DNA of 63,900 bases, the filler included, from an uncultured bacterium (GTDB lineage: Bacteria; DYJV01), in assembly GCA_964543655.1 (NCBI GenBank). It is 8 parts of 8 records of this genome, joined end to end, with 100 filler letters (N's around TTAATTAATTAA, not from the genome) between each part and the next. Parts side by side here need not be neighbours in the genome. Positions count along the whole stretch, not along the records: positions 50,939 to 60,152 come from CAZIZE010000079.1; positions 60,253 to 63,900 come from CAZIZE010000081.1; 6 more parts are not named here. The stretch is one strand, 5' to 3'. This document shows, piece after piece, positions 52,060 through 61,591 of the stretch. The position numbers were made by a program, and so were the translations under genes. The notes beneath the pieces are model-generated. The model was not told the origin of the DNA and did not search any database. It saw nothing but the letters and a program-made list of their open reading frames with translations. Within the stretch, counting starts at the first letter, position 1. Every line of letters starts with the position of its first letter.

Positions 52060-52797
52060 ATGAATAACTTTAAGCTGTTGATTGAATATGATGGCACCAA
52101 CTATTTTGGATGGCAAATACAGCCTCAACATATAACTGTTCAAGGAGTTATTAAAGAAAAGCTTGAAATAATTTTTCAGGAAAATATTAATTTACAGGGA
52201 GCAAGCAGAACAGATGCAAAAGTTCATGCAAGGGGACAGGTAGCTAATTTTTTTGCTACAAAAGATTTCTCATGTTCAAATTTAAAAATTAGATTGAACA
52301 AACTACTTCCTGATGATATTAGAATAATAGATATTGTAAAAGTTGGGGAAAATTTTAATGCAAGAAAGGATGCAATTAAAAAAACTTATAAATATTACAT
52401 TTACAATAGAGAAATAAACTCGCCATTTTACAGAAACTATTCGTGGCACATTAATAGGGAAATTGATATAGACATATTAAATCGTCTATCAAGTCAAATT
52501 ATTGGGGAGCATAATTTTCTTTCTTTTTCCGGTCAAAAGTGCAGTGCTGTAACTTTTGAGAGAATTGTTTTTGATGCAAAGTGGATTAAAAAGAAAGATT
52601 TTTTTATATTTACAATTATTGGAAATGGTTTTCTTAAAAATATGGTTAGAAAAATAGTAGGAGCAATAATAGCAGTTAATAATAAGCAGGAAGAGGAAAA
52701 TTATATTGCTGAATTGCTTGAAATTAGAGATAGAGCAAAAGCAAAATATTGCGCACCACCTCAAGGATTGTTTTTAGAAAGTATATTTTATCTGTAG
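52060..52797 (+). CDS. truA: tRNA pseudouridine(38-40) synthase
   Basis: YDGTNYFGWQIQ, ASRTDAKVHA, GNGFLKNMVR. Confidence 0.96.
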   Translation: MNNFKLLIEYDGTNYFGWQIQPQHITVQGVIKEKLEIIFQENINLQGASRTDAKVHARGQVANFFATKDFSCSNLKIRLNKLLPDDIRIIDIVKVGENFNARKDAIKKTYKYYIYNREINSPFYRNYSWHINREIDIDILNRLSSQIIGEHNFLSFSGQKCSAVTFERIVFDAKWIKKKDFFIFTIIGNGFLKNMVRKIVGAIIAVNNKQEEENYIAELLEIRDRAKAKYCAPPQGLFLESIFYL

Positions 52798-52805
52798 GAG
52801 GAAGT

Positions 52806-54047
52806 ATGATTAAAGCTGTTAAAGGTTTTAAGGATATATTACCAGAAGAAAATTTTTTAAGAAGTTTTATTTTATCAAAGGCAAAATCAATTTTTGAAGC
52901 AAATGGATTTAAAGAGATTACTCTACCTATCCTTGAAAAAACAGAATTATTTCTAAGAAGTATAGGTGAGGCAACAGATATTGTTCAAAAAGAGATGTAC
53001 ACTTTTGAAGATAAAGGTGGAGATATGCTTTCTCTCAGACCAGAGGGCACAGCATCAGTAGTAAGAGCTTTTATTGAAAATTCCCTATTTAATAGTGCAG
53101 GTCCTCATAAATATTACTATTATGGCCCAATGTTTAGAAGAGAAAGGCCACAAAAGGGTAGGTTAAGGCAGTTTTACCAGATTGGTTTGGAATTTTTTTC
53201 AATAGATACTCCACTTGCAGATGCTCACATTATATTTATCTTATATTCATTTTTACAATCAATTAACATAGATTTTACATTAGAGATTAATTCTGTTGGT
53301 TGCCCTCTATGCAGACCAGAGTATGAGAGAGCTCTGAAATTATACTATAAAGAAAAGCTTAATGAACTATGCAATGATTGTCAGAGCAGACTTGAGAAAA
53401 ATCCATTAAGAATTCTTGATTGTAAAAAAGAATCTTGTGGTGCTTTAAAAAAAGACGCACCAAAAATTATTGATTATCTATGTGAGGAGTGTAAAAATTT
53501 CCATATAAAAGTGAAACAATACCTTAATTATTTTAATGTGCCGTTTGTGGAGAATCATTTAATGGTGAGAGGTCTTGATTACTATACCAAAACTGTGTTT
53601 GAAGCAATTGCAGGTGGATTAGGTGCCCAGAATGCTGTTGGTGCTGGTGGGAGATACAATAATTTAGTTAAAGAAATAGGTGGGAAAGATATTCCTGGAA
53701 TAGGTTTTGCACTGGGAATGGAGAGGCTTGTTCTTTTACTTGATAAGTTGAAGTTTGAAATTAGACCAGATTTTTATCTAATAATTTTAGGAGAAAGCTC
53801 GTTGAAAAAAGGGCTTGAAATATTTAAAAACCTTGTAAACTCAGGTTTAAAAGGGGAGTTTGATTATCAAATTAGAGGTTTAAAGAATCAATTAAAAAAA
53901 GCCGATAAAGTTGGTGCAAAATTTGCATTAATCTTAGGAGAGGAAGAAATTAACAAGGATGAAGTTATTATAAGAAATATGGAAAATGGTGAGCAAAAGA
54001 GTATAGAGATAAAAAATATAGAAGGAGTTTTAAATGAAGCCTATTGA
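52806..54047 (+). CDS. hisS: Histidine--tRNA ligase
   Basis: LRPEGTA, FRRERPQKGRLRQF, RGLDYY, GGRY. Start corrected to the ATG after AGGAGG. Confidence 0.97.
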   Translation: MIKAVKGFKDILPEENFLRSFILSKAKSIFEANGFKEITLPILEKTELFLRSIGEATDIVQKEMYTFEDKGGDMLSLRPEGTASVVRAFIENSLFNSAGPHKYYYYGPMFRRERPQKGRLRQFYQIGLEFFSIDTPLADAHIIFILYSFLQSINIDFTLEINSVGCPLCRPEYERALKLYYKEKLNELCNDCQSRLEKNPLRILDCKKESCGALKKDAPKIIDYLCEECKNFHIKVKQYLNYFNVPFVENHLMVRGLDYYTKTVFEAIAGGLGAQNAVGAGGRYNNLVKEIGGKDIPGIGFALGMERLVLLLDKLKFEIRPDFYLIILGESSLKKGLEIFKNLVNSGLKGEFDYQIRGLKNQLKKADKVGAKFALILGEEEINKDEVIIRNMENGEQKSIEIKNIEGVLNEAY

Positions 54048-54486
54048 TTTTAATAGTATTGACAAAATCACAGGTAATCAGCAGATAGAGAGCAAAAACA
54101 AGCAGAAAGATAAAACTATTGGAAAATTTGGAGAAATTTTTGAAAAGGAAATTGAGGCTTTAAAAAATCAAAATACTTCCAAATCAGGAAATATCATGCA
54201 GACATCACAACTTTTAAACATTCAAAACCTGTCAAGTGACAATATTTTTGCAGAAAAAGGGTTGAAATTATGTTCTGAAATCAATAATCTCCTTGATAAA
54301 ATGGTTGCTGGACTTAAAGATAACTCCAATATTAAAGGTACTATTTCCAAACTTAATTCCTCTTTATCTGATTTATCAAAAATATCTGAGCATGTTGAGG
54401 ATAAAGATGTAAAAGATATTATTAACAGAACAATTTTTGTGTCAAATATAGAAATAGAGAAATATATTAGAGGAGATTATTCATAA
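54034..54486 (+). CDS. Hypothetical helical protein
   Basis: Overlaps the hisS stop, has a GAAGGAG SD, ends EKYIRGDY. No family recognised. Confidence 0.6.
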   Translation: MKPIDFNSIDKITGNQQIESKNKQKDKTIGKFGEIFEKEIEALKNQNTSKSGNIMQTSQLLNIQNLSSDNIFAEKGLKLCSEINNLLDKMVAGLKDNSNIKGTISKLNSSLSDLSKISEHVEDKDVKDIINRTIFVSNIEIEKYIRGDYS

Positions 54487-54888
54487 ATCAAAAACTATTT
54501 CTAATTGAATATTTTGTAAATTCCCTATCATTTTGAGATTATGATAGGTAGCTGCTTTTAGTTCGATTTTAAACTCTAAAAAATCATGCCTGCAAAATGA
54601 AAGCTCAAAGTTGTTAGAAGTTTTTTCCTCTATTTTCATAATTGTAAAATTTTTTTCACCAAAATAGATTATTTCATTTAAAATCTCAACAATAAAATAT
54701 GAAAGGTTTTCCTCATTGTTGATTAGATTTGTAGAGTAAATATCTACGCTGTCATTTTCAATTATATAAATTTCATTTTGAAAAAAAGAGACAATAGCTT
54801 TACAGAATTCATTTAAATTTTTTCCAAAAAATCTTACTTTAAAATCAGCAGTATGGCTTAGAATCTCATAATAAAACCATTTATGCAT
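54481..54888 (-). CDS. Archease
   Basis: HTAD near the N-terminus, KAATYHNL and terminal FDL. Confidence 0.85.
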   Translation of the reverse strand: MHKWFYYEILSHTADFKVRFFGKNLNEFCKAIVSFFQNEIYIIENDSVDIYSTNLINNEENLSYFIVEILNEIIYFGEKNFTIMKIEEKTSNNFELSFCRHDFLEFKIELKAATYHNLKMIGNLQNIQLEIVFDL

Positions 54889-57796
54889 TTATTTCTCTCA
54901 ACATTTTCTTTACTTCTTTAAATGTATAGGGTTTTGAGAGTGCATATTTAAAACCATAATCTCTATAATTTGCCATTACTAAATCATCTGAATAACCACT
55001 TGATACAACAGCATTGATATTTTCATCTATTTCTAAAAGTAATTTTATTGCTTCTTTTCCACCCATACCACCTTTAATAGTAAGATCCATGATTACAATG
55101 TCAAACTTTTCTCCTTTTTCAATGCTTTTTTTATACATTTCAATAGCTTCCTCACCATTTTTGGCTGTTGCTACCTTATGGCCTAAAAATGTAAATAGCT
55201 CTTTTGCTGATTCAAGAATATCTTCTGAATCATCCATTATTAAAATATTTAAAGGTGATGGGTCTGAGGAAATGGTTTCTTCTTTAATTTCATGCTTTGA
55301 TATTTTTTCTTTTTCAACAGCTGGCAAATATATAAAAAAAGAAGTACCTTTACCTTTTTCAGAGAAAACTTCTATATAACCATCATGATTTTTTATAATT
55401 GAATAACTTGTTGCAAGCCCAAGACCAGATCCCTTTTCTTTGGTTGTGAAAAATGGATTAAAAATATTTGGCAGAATCTCTTTATCAATTCCCTCTCCAT
55501 TATCTTCAAAAGTTATTTTCACATATTTACCTGGAGATAAAATCTCACCATGAAATTCTTTTATTTCTATATTTTCTAAAGTTATATTTAATTCTCCACC
55601 ATCTTTCATAGCATCTTTAGCATTAAGTGCAAGATTATTGAATACTTGACTTATCTGTACAGGATCAACATGAACTTTCCAGATTTTATCAGGAAAATGA
55701 TAATTTATTTTAATATTTGTCCCAATTAATGCAAAGTCTACACTTTCTTTGATAATAGATTCTATTGAAGATATTTCTTTAACAGGAGAGCCACCTTTTG
55801 CAAAAGTTAAAAGTTGTGTGGTTAATCCTTTAGCTTTGTCAAGAGATTTCTCTGCTTTATCAAGCAATTTAGACAGTTTTTCTTCATTATTTATGAATAA
55901 TTTAGCCAGTGAGATATTTCCATAAACACCAGTAAGTATATTGTTAAAATCGTGTGCTATTCCTGCTGCAAGCTGGCCAATTGTCTGCAATTTTTCTATT
56001 TTTTGAATCTCTTTTTCTGCTTTTAATTTTTCAGTAACATCTCTAAAAACAAGAACCACACCAAGTAAGTTTTTACTTTCATCAAAAATAGGTGCAGCGC
56101 TATCCTCTATATTGATTTTTTTACCATTTTTTGAAATTAAAAGTGCATGATTTGAAATAGTTACCACCTTTTTTTCAATTAAGACTTTCTCAACAGGGGA
56201 TGGTAATTTTTCACCACTTTTTTCATCTATAATTTTAAAAACATTGTTAATATTGTTACCTATAGCTTCTTCAACAGAAAAACCAGTTAATGTTAGAGCA
56301 ACTTTATTGATTAATGTAATTTCACCTTTATTATCAGTTACAATAACAGCATCGCCAATAGATTCAAGAGTTATTTTAAGTTTTTCCTTTTCCTGTTTGA
56401 TTTTGTCAAGGCTTTCAACAAGCTCTGTAATATCATAAAGATATATTAGATACTCTTTTTCTGAAAATTTAATAAAGCTCATATTTACAAATTTTCTTTT
56501 GCAATTTTTTCTAAAACCATATTTATTAATATCAATGTTTAAAAGGGTAATATTCTCTTCTTTCCCTATCATACAGTTTTCACAGGGACTGTTTCTCTTT
56601 GCAAAAACTTTGTAACATTTTTTATTAATAGCATCTTCTCTATTTATATTAACAAACTCAAGCTCTTTGCTGTTTATCATGGTAATGTTGTAGTCAAGAT
56701 CAACAACATATATACCATCATTAATAGAGTTAAAAAGTCTGTTAAGTTTATCTCTCTGAAATTTTATTGTATCTATATCTTTTTTGATAGTTTGAGCCAT
56801 TCTTTCTATATTATGACCTAAAATTCCAATTTCATTTTCAGGTAAATTTTGTAGATTTATATTAAAATTACCATTTGTTATTTTTTGTGAAGCTTCCTGT
56901 AATCTTTTTATTGGCACAACAATACTGTTAGCTATAAATATTGAAATTAACCACATTAAGATAATTAGCGCAATTGCTTCAAAAATAATATTATCTTTAA
57001 CTGCATCCATCTGAGCAAAAGCTTTATTAGCCAATATCTCCACACCAATGTAAAGTGGAATGGTGGAAGATACAGATTTTATAGTTATCAAATATAGCTC
57101 TTTTTTACCTGTTATAGGATTGAATAATTTTACGTCAATATGGAGGGGATATTTTTGAAATTCTTTTAATACATTTTTATAATTTTTACCTGCAATAACA
57201 TAATTGTAATTTGAATGAAAAATTAAATTTCCATTTTTGTCTAAAATGAAGTATTGATAATTATCACTTGTTTTATATGCAAATTCATTAAAAATATTTT
57301 TTAAAGAAACAGCAGCATAAACATAAGCTATATTATTGAATTCATAATTTTTAAATGTTACAGGTTCCATTATTATAAGCTGAACATCGTTTGAGGTATA
57401 TTTTATTGAAAATTTCACATACTTTTTTATATTTAAAGGAGGATGTAATAATATTGAATTGAACTTAGAAATACCATCTATAATTTTGAAATCTTTATTA
57501 AGCAGAAGAATCTCTGTAAAAATTTTGCTGTTGTAAAATATTTTTTTTATAATATCTTGATAGTGTGAAATATTACTATTTAATAGAGTTATAAGGTTTT
57601 TCAGGTCACTTTCCACAAAAGATAAAGTTTTGGCAATTGATTTTTGCTCAAAATCAAGTTTGGTTGATAAAATTTTCTCCACATTTTTTTCAACTGTTTC
57701 TTTTGAAATCTTATAAAAATAGAAATTTGTAATTATTACAGGGATAAATGTGATAATAAATAGTTTTAAAAAAATCTGTATAAAGAATTTTCTCAT
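54881..57796 (-). CDS. Hybrid sensor kinase (Cache-HAMP-PAS-PAS-HisKA-HATPase-REC)
   Basis: [33 protein letters not shown] receiver. Confidence 0.93.
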   Translation of the reverse strand: MRKFFIQIFLKLFIITFIPVIITNFYFYKISKETVEKNVEKILSTKLDFEQKSIAKTLSFVESDLKNLITLLNSNISHYQDIIKKIFYNSKIFTEILLLNKDFKIIDGISKFNSILLHPPLNIKKYVKFSIKYTSNDVQLIIMEPVTFKNYEFNNIAYVYAAVSLKNIFNEFAYKTSDNYQYFILDKNGNLIFHSNYNYVIAGKNYKNVLKEFQKYPLHIDVKLFNPITGKKELYLITIKSVSSTIPLYIGVEILANKAFAQMDAVKDNIIFEAIALIILMWLISIFIANSIVVPIKRLQEASQKITNGNFNINLQNLPENEIGILGHNIERMAQTIKKDIDTIKFQRDKLNRLFNSINDGIYVVDLDYNITMINSKELEFVNINREDAINKKCYKVFAKRNSPCENCMIGKEENITLLNIDINKYGFRKNCKRKFVNMSFIKFSEKEYLIYLYDITELVESLDKIKQEKEKLKITLESIGDAVIVTDNKGEITLINKVALTLTGFSVEEAIGNNINNVFKIIDEKSGEKLPSPVEKVLIEKKVVTISNHALLISKNGKKINIEDSAAPIFDESKNLLGVVLVFRDVTEKLKAEKEIQKIEKLQTIGQLAAGIAHDFNNILTGVYGNISLAKLFINNEEKLSKLLDKAEKSLDKAKGLTTQLLTFAKGGSPVKEISSIESIIKESVDFALIGTNIKINYHFPDKIWKVHVDPVQISQVFNNLALNAKDAMKDGGELNITLENIEIKEFHGEILSPGKYVKITFEDNGEGIDKEILPNIFNPFFTTKEKGSGLGLATSYSIIKNHDGYIEVFSEKGKGTSFFIYLPAVEKEKISKHEIKEETISSDPSPLNILIMDDSEDILESAKELFTFLGHKVATAKNGEEAIEMYKKSIEKGEKFDIVIMDLTIKGGMGGKEAIKLLLEIDENINAVVSSGYSDDLVMANYRDYGFKYALSKPYTFKEVKKMLREINA

Positions 57797-58773
57797 TTTA
57801 TTACCTTATCAGCATACAATAGATACTGTTTATTAAAATAGAATGTTAATCCTAATTTTTTTATTTCTCTATAATTTACAATTAGCTCTATATCTTTTGG
57901 TGATTCCACAGGAATATTCCCAGGAAAAACTCCTTTAAAAATTTGCTCAGCAATCAATGCACTCTGCTTTCCAACATTATAAAATGATGGAGCATAGCTT
58001 ATGCAACCACCTTTTTTCAAAAGATTAGTATCAATAACCATTAGAGGTAGTTTTTTATTTTTGGAAAATTTCAATATTAAATCAACATTTGCTAAAGCAT
58101 CTGCATCAGGAAACATTAAAATACCCATATCTTTTCTTACTTTAAAATGTGAAATTTGATTTATCATTTCTTTTCTGTTTTTACTACTTAGGGGATACAA
58201 TTTTATGTTTAATAAAGAAGATATTTTTTTAAGATTATTTAAAATATCCCCTTTTCTTATGTAGAAATTTGATTTTTCAGGATTGTAGAAAAAAATCAAT
58301 GAATTTAAAAAAGGAAATGCATCTTTAAATAGTTCTACTTTTTTGGGAAGGAGATCAAAAGCAAGATAATTAACACCAGTAAGGTAGCCACCAGGTTTTT
58401 TTATAGATTGCACAATACCAGATTTAACTGGTGCACCAACTTCATTAAAAATAACAGGGATTTTATATTTATTAATAAATTTTTTAACTGTTAATGTAAC
58501 AGGTGTTGTGGTGGTTAGAATAAGATCAACATTCTTTTTTTTAAATTCATTTAGTATGGATTTGATTAATTTTAGATTTGTTTTAATATCCTTAACATAA
58601 TAGATAATATTCCTATTCTCAATGTATCCCAATTCATTTAATCCATTACAGAATCCTTGAAAATCCTGGTAAAAAGCTTTGGAATATAGAATCACGCCAA
58701 CTTTTTTAAAATCGAGTGGAAAAAGAAATTGAGGAATTACAAAGAAAATTGAAATAAAAATAAGCTTTTTCAT
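57793..58773 (-). CDS. Orphan ABC-type substrate-binding protein
   Basis: GF..GL.ELGYIE.RNI, VDLILT.TTP, PGGYLTGV, G..PGNIPVE.P. Start at MKKLIF. Confidence 0.85.
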   Translation of the reverse strand: MKKLIFISIFFVIPQFLFPLDFKKVGVILYSKAFYQDFQGFCNGLNELGYIENRNIIYYVKDIKTNLKLIKSILNEFKKKNVDLILTTTTPVTLTVKKFINKYKIPVIFNEVGAPVKSGIVQSIKKPGGYLTGVNYLAFDLLPKKVELFKDAFPFLNSLIFFYNPEKSNFYIRKGDILNNLKKISSLLNIKLYPLSSKNRKEMINQISHFKVRKDMGILMFPDADALANVDLILKFSKNKKLPLMVIDTNLLKKGGCISYAPSFYNVGKQSALIAEQIFKGVFPGNIPVESPKDIELIVNYREIKKLGLTFYFNKQYLLYADKVIK

Positions 58774-59120
58774 AATTCTCCATAAAACAGCACTTTTATT
58801 TTGGAAGATAAGTGTAATAAACTTTAAACAAAAAATCAAGGTAAAGTTTTAACAAACCTTAACAGTAATGATTTTTGTTTAGTAAAATATTTTTTGATTT
58901 TTACGTAAAGTGGTAAATTAAAAATTATTTTATATGTAAGTATTTAAAATCACTTTTATCTAAAAAAATATAATTTATTTATTGACAAAAATAAAACATT
59001 ATATTAATAAATAAAATAGCTTTTTTATAACATTATTTTACCTGTTTAAATACAAAAGAAAGGAGGTGAGGAAAGTTAGAATTTATCTGTTTTATTAAAA
59101 TTTTTTAGGAGGAGGTTTTT

Positions 59121-59420
59121 ATGGAAAAGGAAAAAATGATAGACATTAGCTTTTTTAATCCTCAAAGAGAGCATGTTAAGCAAGAGGTAAAAGCTGCAAG
59201 AACAGTTATTATTTTATGGTTTTTTTGTACATTTTTAACTCCTATTATCATTGCGCTTACAGGTGGTCCAGACGGTACACAGAGTTTCTTATGCCACATG
59301 AAATTCCTTGGTTTCCCTTTTCATTATTGGCTTGTTGCTCAAGGTAGCACCATTGGTTACATTCTTTTATGTGCTTTATTTGTTAAACTCTGGAATACTT
59401 ATGTAAGGAAGGGGGAATAA
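59121..59420 (+). CDS. DUF4212 small membrane subunit of a solute symporter
   Basis: FLGFPFHYWLVAQGS motif, immediately upstream of the SSS gene. Confidence 0.8.
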   Translation: MEKEKMIDISFFNPQREHVKQEVKAARTVIILWFFCTFLTPIIIALTGGPDGTQSFLCHMKFLGFPFHYWLVAQGSTIGYILLCALFVKLWNTYVRKGE

Positions 59421-59421
59421 C

Positions 59422-60152
59422 ATGAATAAAAAACTCAAGCATATAATTTTATTTGTATTATTTATTCTTTTTTCCACAAGCACTCTTGTTTTTGCTGCCA
59501 AAGGTGGATACAAAGCTGGTGAAGAAATTTTTCAATTAAAGTTTGGATTTAAGCTTGTACCTGCTATTATTATGATTGCATTTATTCTTCTTTACTTTGT
59601 TGTTGGCTGGATGATGAGAGTTAAGACCACCGAAGGTTACTGGGTTGCAGAAAGGGGCATTGGCTCAGTTGGTAATGGTATGGCTATTGCCTCAGACTGG
59701 ATGAGTGCTGCATCATTTATGGGTGTTGCAGGTCTTCTTTATTTAAAAGGATGGTTTGGTCTTGCATATATTATTGGTTGGACTGGTGGTTACGTTCTCC
59801 TCCTATGCTTAATGGCATCCCAGATTAGAAGGTTTGGTAAATTCACTATTCCAGAATTTATTGGTGACAGATACAATTCTCACCCAGTGAGATTGATTGT
59901 TGCTCTTGTTACAGTAGTTATTGCTATTACATATTCAACAGCTCAATTTAAAGGTATTGCTCTTATTTCTGGATGGATTTTTGGAATGGGATATAAAGCA
60001 TCAGTTTTCTTTGCTGCTGGTATTGTTCTTGTATATATGCTTATGTCAGGTCAAAAAGGTGTTACTAAAAACCAGCAGATTCAATATATTGTTCTTATTA
60101 CAGGTTTCTTACTCCCATTATTCATAATGTTTAATAAATATGCAAAGACTCT
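59422..60152 (+). CDS. Sodium:solute symporter (ActP-like), 3' truncated
   Basis: NGMAIASDWMSAASFMG, GWTGGY, RRFGKFTIPEFIGDRY. Confidence 0.9.
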
Positions 60153-60252
60153 NNNNNNNNNNNNNNNNNNNNNNNNNNNNNNNNNNNNNNNNNNNNTTAA
60201 TTAATTAANNNNNNNNNNNNNNNNNNNNNNNNNNNNNNNNNNNNNNNNNNNN
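60153..60252. other. Artificial contig linker
   Basis: N44-TTAATTAATTAA-N44. Confidence 0.98.
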
Positions 60253-60435
60253 GCAGGAGATAATCCACATGATGTTGCTAAAAGACTTGGGCATACATCA
60301 CTACAAATGCTTTTCACCAAATATGCAAGGTTTTTGAAAGGAGAAGAAAAAGAATCTAAACTTGGTGATTTATTTAACCAAGCACATCAAAAACCTGTTA
60401 CAATTCCGTTACAAATCAAAAATGCGAATAGATAA
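60253..60435 (+). CDS. Tyrosine integrase, C-terminal fragment
   Basis: AGDNPHDVAKRLGHTSLQMLFTKYARF: box II LGH motif plus the catalytic Tyr. Confidence 0.85.
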   Translation, partial: AGDNPHDVAKRLGHTSLQMLFTKYARFLKGEEKESKLGDLFNQAHQKPVTIPLQIKNANR

Positions 60436-60490
60436 CATATTGATTTTATTGGTATAATAAAATGGAGGCGGTGGGAATCGAACCCACGTC
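60253..60490. mobile_element. End (att junction) of an integrative element/prophage inserted at the tmRNA 3' end
   Basis: Integrase converges on the ssrA 3' end. Arm-like repeats CTGTTACAAT/CCGTTACAAA at 60395-60415. IHF consensus AATCAATATGTTA on the minus strand at 60433-60445. Confidence 0.75.
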
Positions 60491-60812
60491 CGGAACCCTT
60501 GAAGTAAAAACTTCTACATGCTTAGCCTGTGTATTAAATTCCCTTAAAAACTCCCACAGGCAGGATTTTTTAAGGGTGACCTCCTGTAAAAATTTCGCCC
60601 TTGTTGCCAGGAGGAAACTAAAGGGCTATCCTGCTAATCGACGTGTTTCTACCTTAGCAGGAGTCAGGTAGAAACACGGGCTGCTTTTAATTAAGCAGCC
60701 AATGCAAATTCGTTGTCTGCACTTATGTTTAACCCTGTTGTTTTAAGAGGTAACAGGAACCTCTGCATGCAGTTTTTACTCCACTCGAGCCCCGTCGAAT
60801 CCATACGCCCCC
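60463..60812 (-). ncRNA. ssrA: tmRNA
   Basis: 5' GGGGGCGTATGGATTCGAC, 3' GTGGGTTCGATTCCCACCGCCTCCA (terminal CCA not encoded), tag ORF ADNEFALAA* at 60720-60691. Confidence 0.97.
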
Positions 60813-60859
60813 AAGTTCGTTCAAAGTTCAATGTTCATGGTTCAAAGTTAAAAGTAAAA

Positions 60860-61144
60860 CTAAATTATCTTTGGCACTTTAAAATAATCATCATCTCTAT
60901 CTGGAGCATTTGACAGAGATGCTTCTTTACCAGAGGGATTAACAACAATATCCTCTCTAAAAGCATTGCATACCTCAACAGCATGTGCCATTGGCTCAAT
61001 ATTTTCAGTATTAATTGAATTAAGTTTCTCTATATATACCAGTATATCACTAAGTTGTTGTGAAAATTTGTCTATTTCAGAATCATCCACATAAAGCCTT
61101 GCAAGATTCGCCACATATAGTACTTCATTTTTGGAAAGTTTCAT
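60860..61144 (-). CDS. gatC: Asp/Glu-tRNA amidotransferase subunit C
   Basis: V.YVANLARL, LSDIL.YIEKL, FRED, NAP....YFKVPKII. Confidence 0.95.
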   Translation of the reverse strand: MKLSKNEVLYVANLARLYVDDSEIDKFSQQLSDILVYIEKLNSINTENIEPMAHAVEVCNAFREDIVVNPSGKEASLSNAPDRDDDYFKVPKII

Positions 61145-61172
61145 TCTCCACTCCTCTTTTTTCTATCTATAA

Positions 61173-61201
61173 AATATACGATTAAACCATGAAAATGTCA
61201 A
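61173..61201 (-). promoter_or_regulatory. sigma70 promoter of gatC
   Basis: TTGACA-N17-TATATT on the minus strand. Confidence 0.65.
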
Positions 61202-61591
61202 GATATGAAATTTTATATTATAAGTTCTATGCTTAGTCGTTTTTTATAAGTGAGAAAAATATTCTTACGAATAGTAAAAAGTTATTGAAAATATTTCAGA
61301 ATTATATTACAAATATAAAAAAAGCAAAATACATGTAATACAACTATCTACTTGAAATGACACTTGTAACATTCTTAATTTGTTGTTATCAAAATTTTTT
61401 CAACGTTGAACTTTGAACTGTATAAGAGGATTTGATCACATAAAAATATAAAGAAACCTTAAGAATCAACTTTTTTATGGATAAAGTGGATAGATTAATA
61501 TATTGCTCAAAATAGATAAGCTAATTATGCAAATTTTATTAAAAAAATTTTTTTACAAAATTAAGAGCTTTATTTAAAAGAGGAGGAGAAG

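Noticed and set aside
60462-60913. ORFs 60462-60671 and 60713-60913 on the plus strand
   Set aside because: Antisense shadows of tmRNA and gatC.
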